Shown here: positions 25,274 through 34,270 of the stretch, one piece after another
How positions within the stretch are numbered: position 1 is the stretch's first letter
How the letters are laid out: each line of letters starts with the position of its first letter
Translations under genes and position numbers: made by a program
Notes under the pieces: model-generated
Databases searched by the model: none
What the model saw: only the letters and a program-made list of their open reading frames with translations
What the model was told of the DNA's origin: nothing
NCBI GenBank assembly: GCA_965203355.1
Contig: OZ241889.1
Location: 4,061,523-4,125,522, forward strand
Direction: 5' to 3'
DNA: 64,000 nt
DNA from: Candidatus Latescibacterota bacterium
GTDB taxonomy: Bacteria > Latescibacterota > UBA2968 > UBA8231

Positions 25274-26277
25274 TACGCGCCGCCCCTTTGGCTAAAGACG
25301 TGCTCGGCCACGGTGGCCGGGTCGGGCCACGGGCTGTCGTGGGCAAATTGCAGGGCCTCGGCGATCAGTGCGCTAACGTCCGCGGCGATCGCGTCGAGTT
25401 CTGCTTGGCGGGCGTGGCCTGCCTTTAGCAGCCGGTGGGCAAACGCCGGGATGGGGTCGCGCTTTTTCCACGCGTCGATTTCCTCGGTAGAGCGATAGCC
25501 CCGGTCGCGCATTCCCTCGGCGTGGGGCCGGGTGCGGTAGGTCTTGCACTCAATGAGGGTCGGGCCACCGCCTTGGCGGGCGCGGGTTATCGCTTCGCCG
25601 GTCGCCGCGTACACCTCGGCAACATCGTTGCCATCAACGGCCATGCCGGGCAGTCCGTAGGCTGCGGCGCGGTTGGCCACCTGCGGATTGCGAGTGGTAT
25701 CGACAAAGGCCACTTCCGTGGCGTAGAGGTTGTTTTCGCAGACGAATAGCACTGGCAACTGCCAGTTGGTCGCTAGGTTGATGCCTTCGTGAAAGGCTCC
25801 GTTGGCTACTGCCCCATCGCCAAAAAACGCCACGCCGACCTTGGGGACGCCCAAGAGCTTAAAGGAGTAGCCAGCACCAGCGGCTTGGAGGATGCAGGGA
25901 CCCACAATGCCGCTGGTGCCCATCATCCCCACTTGCGGCGAGAAAAGGTGCATGGAGCCACCGCGCCCCTGCGAGCAGCCCGTGGCTTTGCCAAAAAGCT
26001 CGGCGATCAGTTCCTTGGGCGACACGCCTTTGGCGAGGGCGTGGCCGTGGCCGCGATGCGTGCTAAAAACCGCGTCGTCGTCGTCGAGGTGGGCGCAAAC
26101 GCCGGTGGCGATAGCTTCTTCGCCGACGTACGTGTGGCAGGCACCGGGGATCAGACCGGCTTGGTAGGACCGGGCGAGTTGCTCTTCGCAGCGGCGGATG
26201 ACCAGCATCTGGCGATAGAGCACCAGACAGGTATCCTTGTCGGGCAAAGCGGCTTCATTTTCAGTTGAAGTAGGCAT
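25273..26277 (-). CDS. 2-oxoacid dehydrogenase E1 alpha subunit (TPP-binding)
   Basis: 334 aa with the TPP motif FFGDGAVANGAFHEGINLATNWQLPVLFVCENNLYA. One-nt overlap with the beta subunit gene. Confidence 0.9.
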   Translation of the reverse strand: MPTSTENEAALPDKDTCLVLYRQMLVIRRCEEQLARSYQAGLIPGACHTYVGEEAIATGVCAHLDDDDAVFSTHRGHGHALAKGVSPKELIAELFGKATGCSQGRGGSMHLFSPQVGMMGTSGIVGPCILQAAGAGYSFKLLGVPKVGVAFFGDGAVANGAFHEGINLATNWQLPVLFVCENNLYATEVAFVDTTRNPQVANRAAAYGLPGMAVDGNDVAEVYAATGEAITRARQGGGPTLIECKTYRTRPHAEGMRDRGYRSTEEIDAWKKRDPIPAFAHRLLKAGHARQAELDAIAADVSALIAEALQFAHDSPWPDPATVAEHVFSQRGGA

Positions 26278-26539
26278 GGCGGCGAATATAGAAGCTCAAG
26301 GGATTTACGCAATTATTCGCGCCCGTTCGCTGACGCCATTAAAGCGGTCCGTTTCGCAGCACCAGCGGCTTGGACCGCATCGCCAACGTCAGAGGCAGCA
26401 GCGGCGCAAAGTGTTAGCGGCCGGCCCTTTCCCTCGACATGCACGGTCTGCCATTGAAGAGGAACACAACCAACGCCTTTTTTTGAGACGCACGACAAGC
26501 CCTAAATTATTCTTAATTGTTTTTTGATCCCGCGAAAAC

Positions 26540-26631
26540 CTAGTAGTACTGGAGTCTCGCCCTCGGAACACGCCCGATCCAGGAACCGCTCGACAGCCCG
26601 TTGAAATAGTCTAATCGACAATCGACGAACG
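26540..26631 (+). repeat. MITE-like intergenic repeat, copy B (partial right end)
   Basis: CTAGTAGTACTGGAGTCTCGCCCTCGGAACACGCCCGATCCAGGAACCGCTCGACAGCCCGTTGAAATAGTC is about 89 percent identical by eye to copy C over ~72 nt. Its right part overlaps the stop region of the permease gene. Confidence 0.55.
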
Positions 26632-28080
26632 CAACCAGACCCAGTACGCGGCCAGATAGGTGAACACCGCAAAGAAGCCCAGCGCAATCAAATCGACGAT
26701 CGACGAGCCGGCTAACGCCGCCGCCGAGAGGTCTTCGGCAAACACCGGTATCTGATCGAACCCGACCTTTTGCGCCGACAGTCCGTTCTTTACAAACGGA
26801 ACGTGCAGACTGCGCGCGTCTGCCCGATCGATGGCGAGCAGACTTTCCTCAAAACGCTGTACATACCTTCGGGCTTGAGCGATGAAGTAGCGATACCGCG
26901 GCAGGCCCGTACCGGCCATGGGCTCCATCGCGTATTGATAGGCTCCCATGGGCGAAACCCGAACGATGTGCTGGGCTAAATTGACCTGTTGGACCCGATG
27001 CCGCAGCAGGGCGTTTTCTAACTCTTGGTGGTGCGTCCGTTCGGACCGCAACGCGCTCGAAAATTCCTTGATAAACGCCGGATCGAGCCGATTATTATTC
27101 TCCCATGCCAAGCCGTAAGCATGCCCCCGCATGGGATGCCAAATGAAAGTGCCGTCGCCATACTCATACACATGCTTGGTGTGTTCTAACTCATGCGCTT
27201 CTTCGTGGAACAGCTCGGCTATGATCTTTCCGGCCTGCGGCCACAGCAAAACCATACTCACCCAAACGAGGAGCACGGTCGTCAGGCTGACCCGCCGAGT
27301 GGAACTATGCGCCGAGATGAGCAACCCCAGCGAGGTGCAGACCGCTAGATAGACCACCGAGATCAAGACCATGACCGCGATGCGCACGGCGTGCGAGAAA
27401 TCCAGCGACACATCCGCGAGCACCAAAACGATCAACAGGTTGAGCACCACGCTGAGCAGCAAGACCCCGATCAAGACCAGCAGCGCACCCCAAAATTTCC
27501 CCCACAGCAGCGTATGGCGCGGCAGGCTGTTGGCCATGACCAGCTTGAGGGTGCCGTTCTCCTTTTCGCCGACAATGGCATCGTGGGTGAACAGGAAAGC
27601 GGCCAAACTCAGCAAGACACCGATGACGAAAACCCAATCAATGGTGATAAAAGTGGAGAGAAGTGGAGCATCCTTTAATTCGGTCGGAAAAGATAGAATC
27701 CACGGCCAATAAAAACTCTTATCAATGCTCCGGCCCCCGCTATGAATCGCCATATAGATCAATTTTGCTTCAGCACCTATTTTGTCTGGTAATTTGTTGT
27801 CGGCAAAACCAGCACAAAACGCCAATGCACTCGGTTTCTTATAAAGTATCCCCGGACCTTCGAGCAGTAGCTAGCGCAGGCCTGCGGCTCCATTATCGCG
27901 CAGCTTTTGGTGTTGCTGCGTGATGTTTTCTCGGTATATATCTCGCTCGAATTGATAGGTACTGTGAACGAGAACGAGCGCATTGAGCACCATCAAGCCC
28001 ACACACAGCATCAATGTCAAACTAAACCGCAGGCTTTGGAGTTGCGCGATGAACTCCCGTTTGATAAGAGTCGTCAGCAT
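26611..28080 (-). pseudogene. ABC-2-type permease with long C-terminal extension, interrupted by one in-frame TAG
   Basis: Track ORFs 27871..28080 and 26611..27825 are in the same frame, separated by a TAG at 27871..27873 (..NGAAGLR*LLLEGPGILYKKPSALAFCAGF..). The joined product is collinear with the upstream paralog (DAIVGEKENGTLKLV vs ETISGEREDGTLALL). Confidence 0.6.
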
Positions 28081-28087
28081 GGTCCAC

Positions 28088-29584
28088 TCACCGCATCATA
28101 TCGTAGCGAGCAAAGCCCCTTATCACGGCCAGCCAAGTCAAACCCGCATAGACAAACAGAGACAGCAGACCCGGTGCCATTCTACCTAGCCGTTGAGACA
28201 GGGGCTCCCGGCGCTCGGCAAACACCGGCCGATCGCGCAGCCGATTTGTCCTCGGATGACATACTGGGTTGACCGATATATTCCAGGCGCCCAAACGCGT
28301 CGTGCGCCCGTAGATACGCCACGAGTTGCTTGCGGTACTGACGCGCCTGATGGACAAAATCGTAAAAAACCCCGGCATCCGTACCGGCCAAGCCGCCGGT
28401 AACTTCTAGGTAGGCTCCCGCTGGGGTCACCCGCTGCAACTGGGTGTTGAGGCGGATGAGCGACCGGGGCCGATCTTCCCAAAGAGGCCGGCAAGCCTGC
28501 CACACTTTTTGGGCATATTGGAGGCGTAGATGCTCCCCGGCTCGCAGCATGTTTAAAAAGCCGGTCATACGGGCATCCTGCCGAAGCCCGCTGATCTGGA
28601 AAGACGGTGTGCTTCCAGTACCATTTCTATACCCATAAGTGATTAAGTGGAACGGAGGATGGGTATCGCCCAACCCCGCCGTCCGCACCAAACTGTTAGC
28701 CTGTTTTTGGTACTCGTTCCATAGCTCGGCTTCTATCGCCTCGGCTTGCTCGGCATCCGCTTGCCGATGATACTGCTGATTGACGAAAAAAGTTACACTA
28801 CTCGGCAGGACAATCACCAGAAACGCCCAGGTGAATAAACCGTATATCAGACTCGTCGAAGTGTTGTCTGTGTAGCACGAAATAGCCATGCCAATTAGGT
28901 AGAATAGGGCTATGTAAAATAAGGAAGCCATCCAAGTCCCGACGAGACCGCCCAGTCGGCTGCTGTAAGCTGAACGTGTGTAGAAGCAATCAGAAAAATC
29001 GCCAGACCGAGAAAGCCCAAGAAGAGCGGCACATTCAGGAGCGTAAGACCGCCCAAGAACTTGCCTATCACGACCTGCACACGAGAGACATTCGTCGTCA
29101 GCAGCAGCGCTAACGTGCCGTCTTCTCTTTCGCCTGAAATGGTCTCGCAGGCAAAGATAATGGCCAACAGAGCTAAAAAGACTTGGATGACATGGACGAC
29201 ATCCAAGGCACCTATGATGGCGAGTAAAGGATTGCCAGTCGTCGATAGGGTGTGCTTATCGGCAAGGTAGGGTATCTGATATATTGCAATGGGCACGACC
29301 GAGCTCTTTTGCTCGGTGACGCCCCGGTCCAGGACTTCGAGCGGGCTCGGCGGACGGACGACCTTCGTCCGCAATTTGTGGTAGCTATATATCTTGCGGA
29401 GTTCGTCGGCCGTTTCGGCAACGATCCGATCGTGCTCGATCTGTGCTCTTTCGTGACTAGCTATACGCAGTAGGCCAATGATCCATATTAGCGATACGAC
29501 AAGCAGGGTGCAGGAGATAAAGCGCCGACTGGTTAGCTGCTCTAGCAACTCTTTTTTCCAGATGGTTTTTATCATTTTCACCAT
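28088..29584 (-). pseudogene. ABC-2-type permease paralog disrupted by two compensating frameshifts (or split gene)
   Basis: Three overlapping ORF pieces: 28910..29602, 28182..28931 and 28088..28378. The first and last are in the same frame and the middle one is shifted. Joined, they are collinear with the downstream paralog, including the C-terminal PVFAE..TM helix. The shifts lie near 28930 and near 28255. Confidence 0.6.
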
Positions 29585-29586
29585 TA

Positions 29587-29627
29587 GAGAGCAGGTAAGC
29601 AAATATTGAACTCACTTACCTGCTCTC
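29587..29627 (-). promoter_or_regulatory. perfect 13-bp stem hairpin immediately upstream of the permease start
   Basis: GAGAGCAGGTAAG (29587..29599) pairs with CTTACCTGCTCTC (29615..29627) around a 15-nt loop. It ends 2 nt before ATG 29584. No U-tract follows on the minus strand. Confidence 0.35.
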
Positions 29628-29875
29628 CACCTCTGCTAGATGGATGTGCTATACACAGCCAGTTGCAATGGAAACATTACCATTGCTGAAAGGGACTGTC
29701 GATACGCACATGTCATCAGAAGGGCATGACCACGTTACTGTGTGGCCACCCGCCGTTACGCGGCAGTTGTCATCGGCCCTTGCTTGGTTCGGTAAGAGCC
29801 AAGCCATTAGGCCGACGAGGGAGACCCCCGCTCACACGAATATCCGCTTCATGGTAAATTCCTCCTGTAAAAGGT

Positions 29876-30811
29876 TTACAGTAAGTTAAAGAAGTAGGCC
29901 CCTCCTACTTCTCCAGGGCTATAGAATGCCTCCAAATAACGCCACAGCTTCTCGTTTTGATCCCACATCAAACGAAAAAACGACGATGTGCGTTTTGGGG
30001 CTGGATCAGGTGTAAACGTTAATGGCTCCTCCACAATGAAAAACACATCTACACAGATAATTTTGTCCCCGGCTTCTAAGAGTGCTGGGATGCTACCATT
30101 TAGCTCTGTCGGATAATGTTTATATCCCATAGGTACCATTCCTCGATCAGATGCCAAGCCCAAGAACGTCGGATCCCCTTTCTTTAGCTCAAACACCCTA
30201 AAGCTACTGTCGTGAAACGATACGTTTTCTATAAGATATTCCTCATCGTTGCTTAGTGCATTTTTGTATATTGAGCGAAACAGCGGTAGGGCCCCTTCCT
30301 GCGAAGCGGTCTCAGCCCTCGCTCTGACACCATCAATGAACTTTTTAACTACCTTCTCTATCTCTTCTTTGCTAGTTAGTGTGGTACCGTCTGGCCCTTT
30401 GATGGCGATGCTTGGATTTTGAACATTGGCCCGGGCGAAATCAGCCCAGCCCATACTTTGGTCTATATATCTTTCCTTGTTAAATCCCGCCCTCAGGTAA
30501 AAGGCCGCCACCAAGCTATCGTTGCCCGACTCGGAAAACGCAATCAGATACTGGCGCAACCAGTCTCGCAAGCCACGCTCTTGCTCCAAGTCTATGGCCG
30601 TTTCCAAGTTGATGGGTATCGCGTCAATGGCTTGATCCAGTTCTCTACCTGCCTGGACCTTGATCATCTCAAGGCCGTTTATGTAGTCGTTAAACTCTGG
30701 TATGTTTTCTTTGGTAAAGCCGCTGTAACCCCCTGCTCTCGCTTGAATCGGCGACAATATCGAACTGAGTCCGATAACAAGGGCACTGAAAAATAGTACT
30801 AGCGTTTTCAT
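29876..30811 (-). CDS. secreted hypothetical protein
   Basis: Inner ATG at 30811 preceded by GGAGAGG. Signal peptide MKTLVLFFSALVIGLSSILSPIQARA. 311 aa, low G+C, no family recognised. Confidence 0.6.
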   Translation of the reverse strand: MKTLVLFFSALVIGLSSILSPIQARAGGYSGFTKENIPEFNDYINGLEMIKVQAGRELDQAIDAIPINLETAIDLEQERGLRDWLRQYLIAFSESGNDSLVAAFYLRAGFNKERYIDQSMGWADFARANVQNPSIAIKGPDGTTLTSKEEIEKVVKKFIDGVRARAETASQEGALPLFRSIYKNALSNDEEYLIENVSFHDSSFRVFELKKGDPTFLGLASDRGMVPMGYKHYPTELNGSIPALLEAGDKIICVDVFFIVEEPLTFTPDPAPKRTSSFFRLMWDQNEKLWRYLEAFYSPGEVGGAYFFNLL

Positions 30812-30967
30812 AGCAAACCTCTCCGCGTGTGCGGTTGTAACCTTCGCATTGTATAAAAATCCCATGTCATCGGAGACTGGATTACGCTTTCGCGGGGTCG
30901 ATGTTTAGGATTTCTATATGTAAGACGGATGCCGACCGAGAAAAGTTTTACCGGGAGAGCAAGAAAA

Positions 30968-32296
30968 TTAAAATGGATGTGTTTTCCATACCGCCTTTTC
31001 GCTAAAGGCGTCGAGATCCAAGTCGCCGCGAGAGTAAGCGTCAATAGCAGCCTTGGGGACCTGCAGAAGGTACGTCTGATCTGAGTGATATTCGACCTCT
31101 CCAGCGACCTGCAGAAAGTGAGTCGTGCGACCCGTGCGGTATTCGACGATAACGTGCTCATCGGGCTGGACTTGACTGAGAGTTGCGCCGTAGTCGGCGA
31201 TGACTTCGGCGATGTTGGCTTTGACGTCGGCGAGAGGCAAAGGTCTAAAGCGAAACACCGAGTCACTAATAAAAAAGAGAGCACCTAAACCCGGCTGATA
31301 CATCCCCACAGTGCGTTGGGTTCCAATAAAGGGATGATGATCTTGCCCCGAGACTTGGTCGAGTATGCCGGCCATGATGTCGATTTTTTTCAAGTCAGTG
31401 TATTCGGAAAAGGCGATGCGCTGGCGGAAAGTAGCCGAGTCAATGCGCCCTTCGCGAAAGGCGTCAATGGCTGATTTTTCAGCGGTAGCGGTGATTAGAA
31501 AGGCATCAGCGGCAGCGCGACCATGGCCGCGATTAGATCCGTGTACCTGAGCGACTATGTATCCGTAAGCGAGCGAATCGGCCGCCAAAACGTCAGTCAA
31601 CAGGGAGTCTCCGACCACCACGGCTGCCGACTTGACTTCGCCCTCTGCTGCTCCTTCCTCTAAGTGCTTCCTCAATCTGGTTATCGCCTCGACTTGCTCG
31701 TCAATGTCGAAGAAAGACACAGAATCCCCAAAGGTCAGGACTAACTGTTCAAAATCGAAGGATCCCGCCCTAGGCATAATAGCTTCGATTTGCTTGGTAA
31801 GGTCGAAGGACACGGAATCTGCACCGAATGTAAAGTCATTGGGGATATGACCTAGGCTGCTTGCTAGGTCGCTTGGCGGACGAAGCTGGTAACAGACCGT
31901 AATCCGGTCGTCTGGGTCGAGTTGGCCGATGATGCCAGCGTAGTTGCCCAGAAATTCGGCGAGTAGATCGCGGCCTTCTGCCAGCGACTTCTCGTACGAT
32001 GCGGGAGCACTCGATTTCAACCCAAGATGCTTGACGCCCTTTGCGTCCCAGGCGACCGATAGGCCGGGCCGGGCCTGCGTGAGCCATGCTCTTTCGCTAA
32101 AAAAGAAGACTCCGTAGCCATCGAGGTACAAACCACGCGGGGAGGAGTTGGTCGGATCAGGCGCGTCGTGATACAGATTGTCGAGCACTCCCTCCATAAT
32201 GCGAATGTCGCGCTGCATGCGCTGGGGGTCCAGGTCGGCGAGGCTGGCCGTGGCCATGCAGCCAGCGACTAGAATGGCGCGGTAAAGTGTAGTCAT
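30968..32296 (-). CDS. secreted hypothetical protein with an internal two-module duplication
   Basis: 442 aa with signal-like MTTLYRAILVAGCMATASLA. Repeated module pattern: IRIMEGVLDNL..GYGVFFF..LAEFLGNYAG..LDPDDRITVCY..KSAIDAFREGRIDSATF versus IDIMAGILDQV..GLGALFF..IAEVIADYGA..VQPDEHVIVEY..KAAIDAYSRGDLDLDAF. Confidence 0.65.
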   Translation of the reverse strand: MTTLYRAILVAGCMATASLADLDPQRMQRDIRIMEGVLDNLYHDAPDPTNSSPRGLYLDGYGVFFFSERAWLTQARPGLSVAWDAKGVKHLGLKSSAPASYEKSLAEGRDLLAEFLGNYAGIIGQLDPDDRITVCYQLRPPSDLASSLGHIPNDFTFGADSVSFDLTKQIEAIMPRAGSFDFEQLVLTFGDSVSFFDIDEQVEAITRLRKHLEEGAAEGEVKSAAVVVGDSLLTDVLAADSLAYGYIVAQVHGSNRGHGRAAADAFLITATAEKSAIDAFREGRIDSATFRQRIAFSEYTDLKKIDIMAGILDQVSGQDHHPFIGTQRTVGMYQPGLGALFFISDSVFRFRPLPLADVKANIAEVIADYGATLSQVQPDEHVIVEYRTGRTTHFLQVAGEVEYHSDQTYLLQVPKAAIDAYSRGDLDLDAFSEKAVWKTHPF

Positions 32297-32305
32297 GGAA
32301 ATATC

Positions 32306-32917
32306 CTATGGGTTGATATAGCGCACCGCTGGCAACACTTCCATCACGGGTGCTTCGTTGCGGCGCAAGTGGATGTAGATCTCGCGGTCGAACTGTTCAA
32401 ACTGGCGGTTGATGAGCTGCAAGTCTTGGTAGCGCTGGGCTTGGATCTCGGTCAGCAAATGGTCGAGGACGCGCTGCTGGCGCACCGCTGAAGCCCGCAG
32501 AAGCTGGTTCACTAACGCGAAGGTGCCCTCCTGTGTGGCCAGTACTTCCGCCCGAGTGATGGGTTCATCCGCCAACGCCTCCCCCCACTTGAGGTCGAGC
32601 TCGCCGGCGCGATAGCTGAGTTCAAACTCCGGCCACGCCAAAAAGAACGCTAGCGCCACCACGGCCGCAGCGGCCAAGCCCGCCATCAGGCGGAAGCGCC
32701 GACGCGGTACTTTCGCCTCGACAAACGTCAGGTCCAGGCGCGGAACCTCGTCCGGCCAAGCCCGCAGCAATGCCTGCGTGCCCTCGAGCGCGTCGAGTTC
32801 GCGGCGACACGTCGCACAGGTGGCCACGTGTTCTTTAATGCGCTCCTGTTCCCCTTCCTCGCATTCGCCGTAGAAAAAGGTTAGCAGGTCTTCTTTTTTC
32901 ACCTTACAACAATCCAT
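32306..32917 (-). CDS. anti-sigma factor (zf-HC2 type, single TM)
   Basis: H-x3-C-x2-C motif (HVATCATCRREL) and one TM (LMAGLAAAAVVALAFFLAW). Overlaps the 3' end of the ECF sigma gene. Confidence 0.7.
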   Translation of the reverse strand: MDCCKVKKEDLLTFFYGECEEGEQERIKEHVATCATCRRELDALEGTQALLRAWPDEVPRLDLTFVEAKVPRRRFRLMAGLAAAAVVALAFFLAWPEFELSYRAGELDLKWGEALADEPITRAEVLATQEGTFALVNQLLRASAVRQQRVLDHLLTEIQAQRYQDLQLINRQFEQFDREIYIHLRRNEAPVMEVLPAVRYINP

Positions 32918-33464
32918 CTTGGTCAATGTCCCACTGGTTAAGGGTTTTTCGCAGTGCCTTGAGGCCGTAGTAGAGGCGCGATTTGACGGTGTTGACCGAG
33001 GCGTTGAGCACTTCGGCGATTTCCCGAAATTTCAGCCCCTCGTATTCCTTGAGCACCACCACGACGCGCTGTTCTTCGGGCAGGGTCTGCAAGGCGCGGT
33101 TGAGCAGCTCGCGTAGCTCGTCTTGGTGCGCATCGGCAGCTTGGCACAGGGCCGGATGAGGCCGGGTGCTTGCTTCCTCGTACGCGTCGAGCGAAACGTG
33201 TGGCTTGCGCTGGCGCAGGTGGTCGCGGCACAGATTAGCGGCAATCTGGTAGAGCCACGTAGAAAAGCACTCGGGGTCGCGCAGCCGGTGCAACTGGCCA
33301 TAGGCGCGGATAAAGCTCTGCTGGCAAAGGTCGCGCGCTTCTTCGGCATCGCCGCTGTAGCGGAGCGCGAAGAGATAGAGACGGCCCTGCCAGCGCCAGA
33401 CCAAGATATTGAACGCTTGGTGCTGACCGGCCTTGAAGCGCAAGATGAGATCGGCGTCGCTCAT
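32904..33464 (-). CDS. ECF-type RNA polymerase sigma factor
   Basis: 186 aa from ATG 33464. Region 2 (AEEARDLCQQSFIRAY, FSTWLYQIAANLCRDHLR) and region 4 (PEEQRVVVVLKEYEGLKFREIAEVLNASVNTVKSRLYYGLKALR). Confidence 0.85.
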   Translation of the reverse strand: MSDADLILRFKAGQHQAFNILVWRWQGRLYLFALRYSGDAEEARDLCQQSFIRAYGQLHRLRDPECFSTWLYQIAANLCRDHLRQRKPHVSLDAYEEASTRPHPALCQAADAHQDELRELLNRALQTLPEEQRVVVVLKEYEGLKFREIAEVLNASVNTVKSRLYYGLKALRKTLNQWDIDQDGLL

Positions 33465-33541
33465 GTCATTAAAGACGAGAGCTGAGCACAAAAAGTTTTA
33501 CGCGAGAAAAATTTTATTATCGAAGCAAGCAATCGCCCCAA

Positions 33542-34108
33542 TCACAGGTCGATCCAGTAGCGCAACTTCTCAATGAACGGCGCAGGTTTGCGGCCCTCGG
33601 CGCGAAATGTTTGGCTGGGCATGGTCATCGCGCTCTCGAATTGGCCGCCGTTGTGCTCAATAATTTTGCGCGAGCCAATGTTGTCCGAGTCGCAGGTGAC
33701 CAGCACGCGACGCAGCCCCAGCCCCCGCGCCACCACCAGCGTCAGGGCGAGAATAGCTTTGCCGTAACCGCGACACCGCCGCGCGGGTCGGATGCTGTAG
33801 CCAATGTGCCCTCCGTAGGTGAGCAAATACGGGGTGCTGAGTTCGGGCCTTATGGAGGTTTGGCCGATGTACTCGCCGTCGTGTACGAGCCAGAGCACTC
33901 GGTCCGGGTATCGCCGCCGCAAACCCGGGGCATCGGCGAGCCCCTTGAGGTCGCGCACGAATCGCGGGAACTGGTCGGCGAGGGCGTGGCGGTCGTAGCC
34001 GAGCGAGCGGGCGTATGTCGAGTCGAAACGACCTTCGGCCAAGAATTCGGCCGCGCCCGCTAGGAAGCTATCCCGGTACAGGACGGAAGGCGAGACGAGG
34101 GATTGCAC
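33542..34108 (-). CDS. GNAT-family N-acetyltransferase
   Basis: 188 aa with the acetyl-CoA binding pattern RRCRGYGKAILALTLVVARGLGLRRVLVTCDSDNIGSRKIIEHNGG. Confidence 0.8.
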   Translation of the reverse strand: MQSLVSPSVLYRDSFLAGAAEFLAEGRFDSTYARSLGYDRHALADQFPRFVRDLKGLADAPGLRRRYPDRVLWLVHDGEYIGQTSIRPELSTPYLLTYGGHIGYSIRPARRCRGYGKAILALTLVVARGLGLRRVLVTCDSDNIGSRKIIEHNGGQFESAMTMPSQTFRAEGRKPAPFIEKLRYWIDL

Positions 34109-34270
34109 GATAGGTTATGGGCAGGATGGTGGGGATGGGGCAAGGTAGGGCGTGGCGACTAGACCGTCAACCGAACGGTGCGCTTGCCCATGCACGGGTC
34201 TTATTAATTGCCTAAAATATAGATAGCTCCCCTCTTGAGAGTTAGCTTGTACACAACGAAACGAACAACC

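Noticed and set aside
27871-27873. In-frame TAG as evidence of stop-codon reassignment or pyrrolysine.
   Set aside because: TAG terminates several well-supported genes in the window, including the shell gene at 719 and ahcY at 37204. No pyl genes were seen. The neighbouring paralog also carries frameshifts, so pseudogenisation is the simpler explanation.
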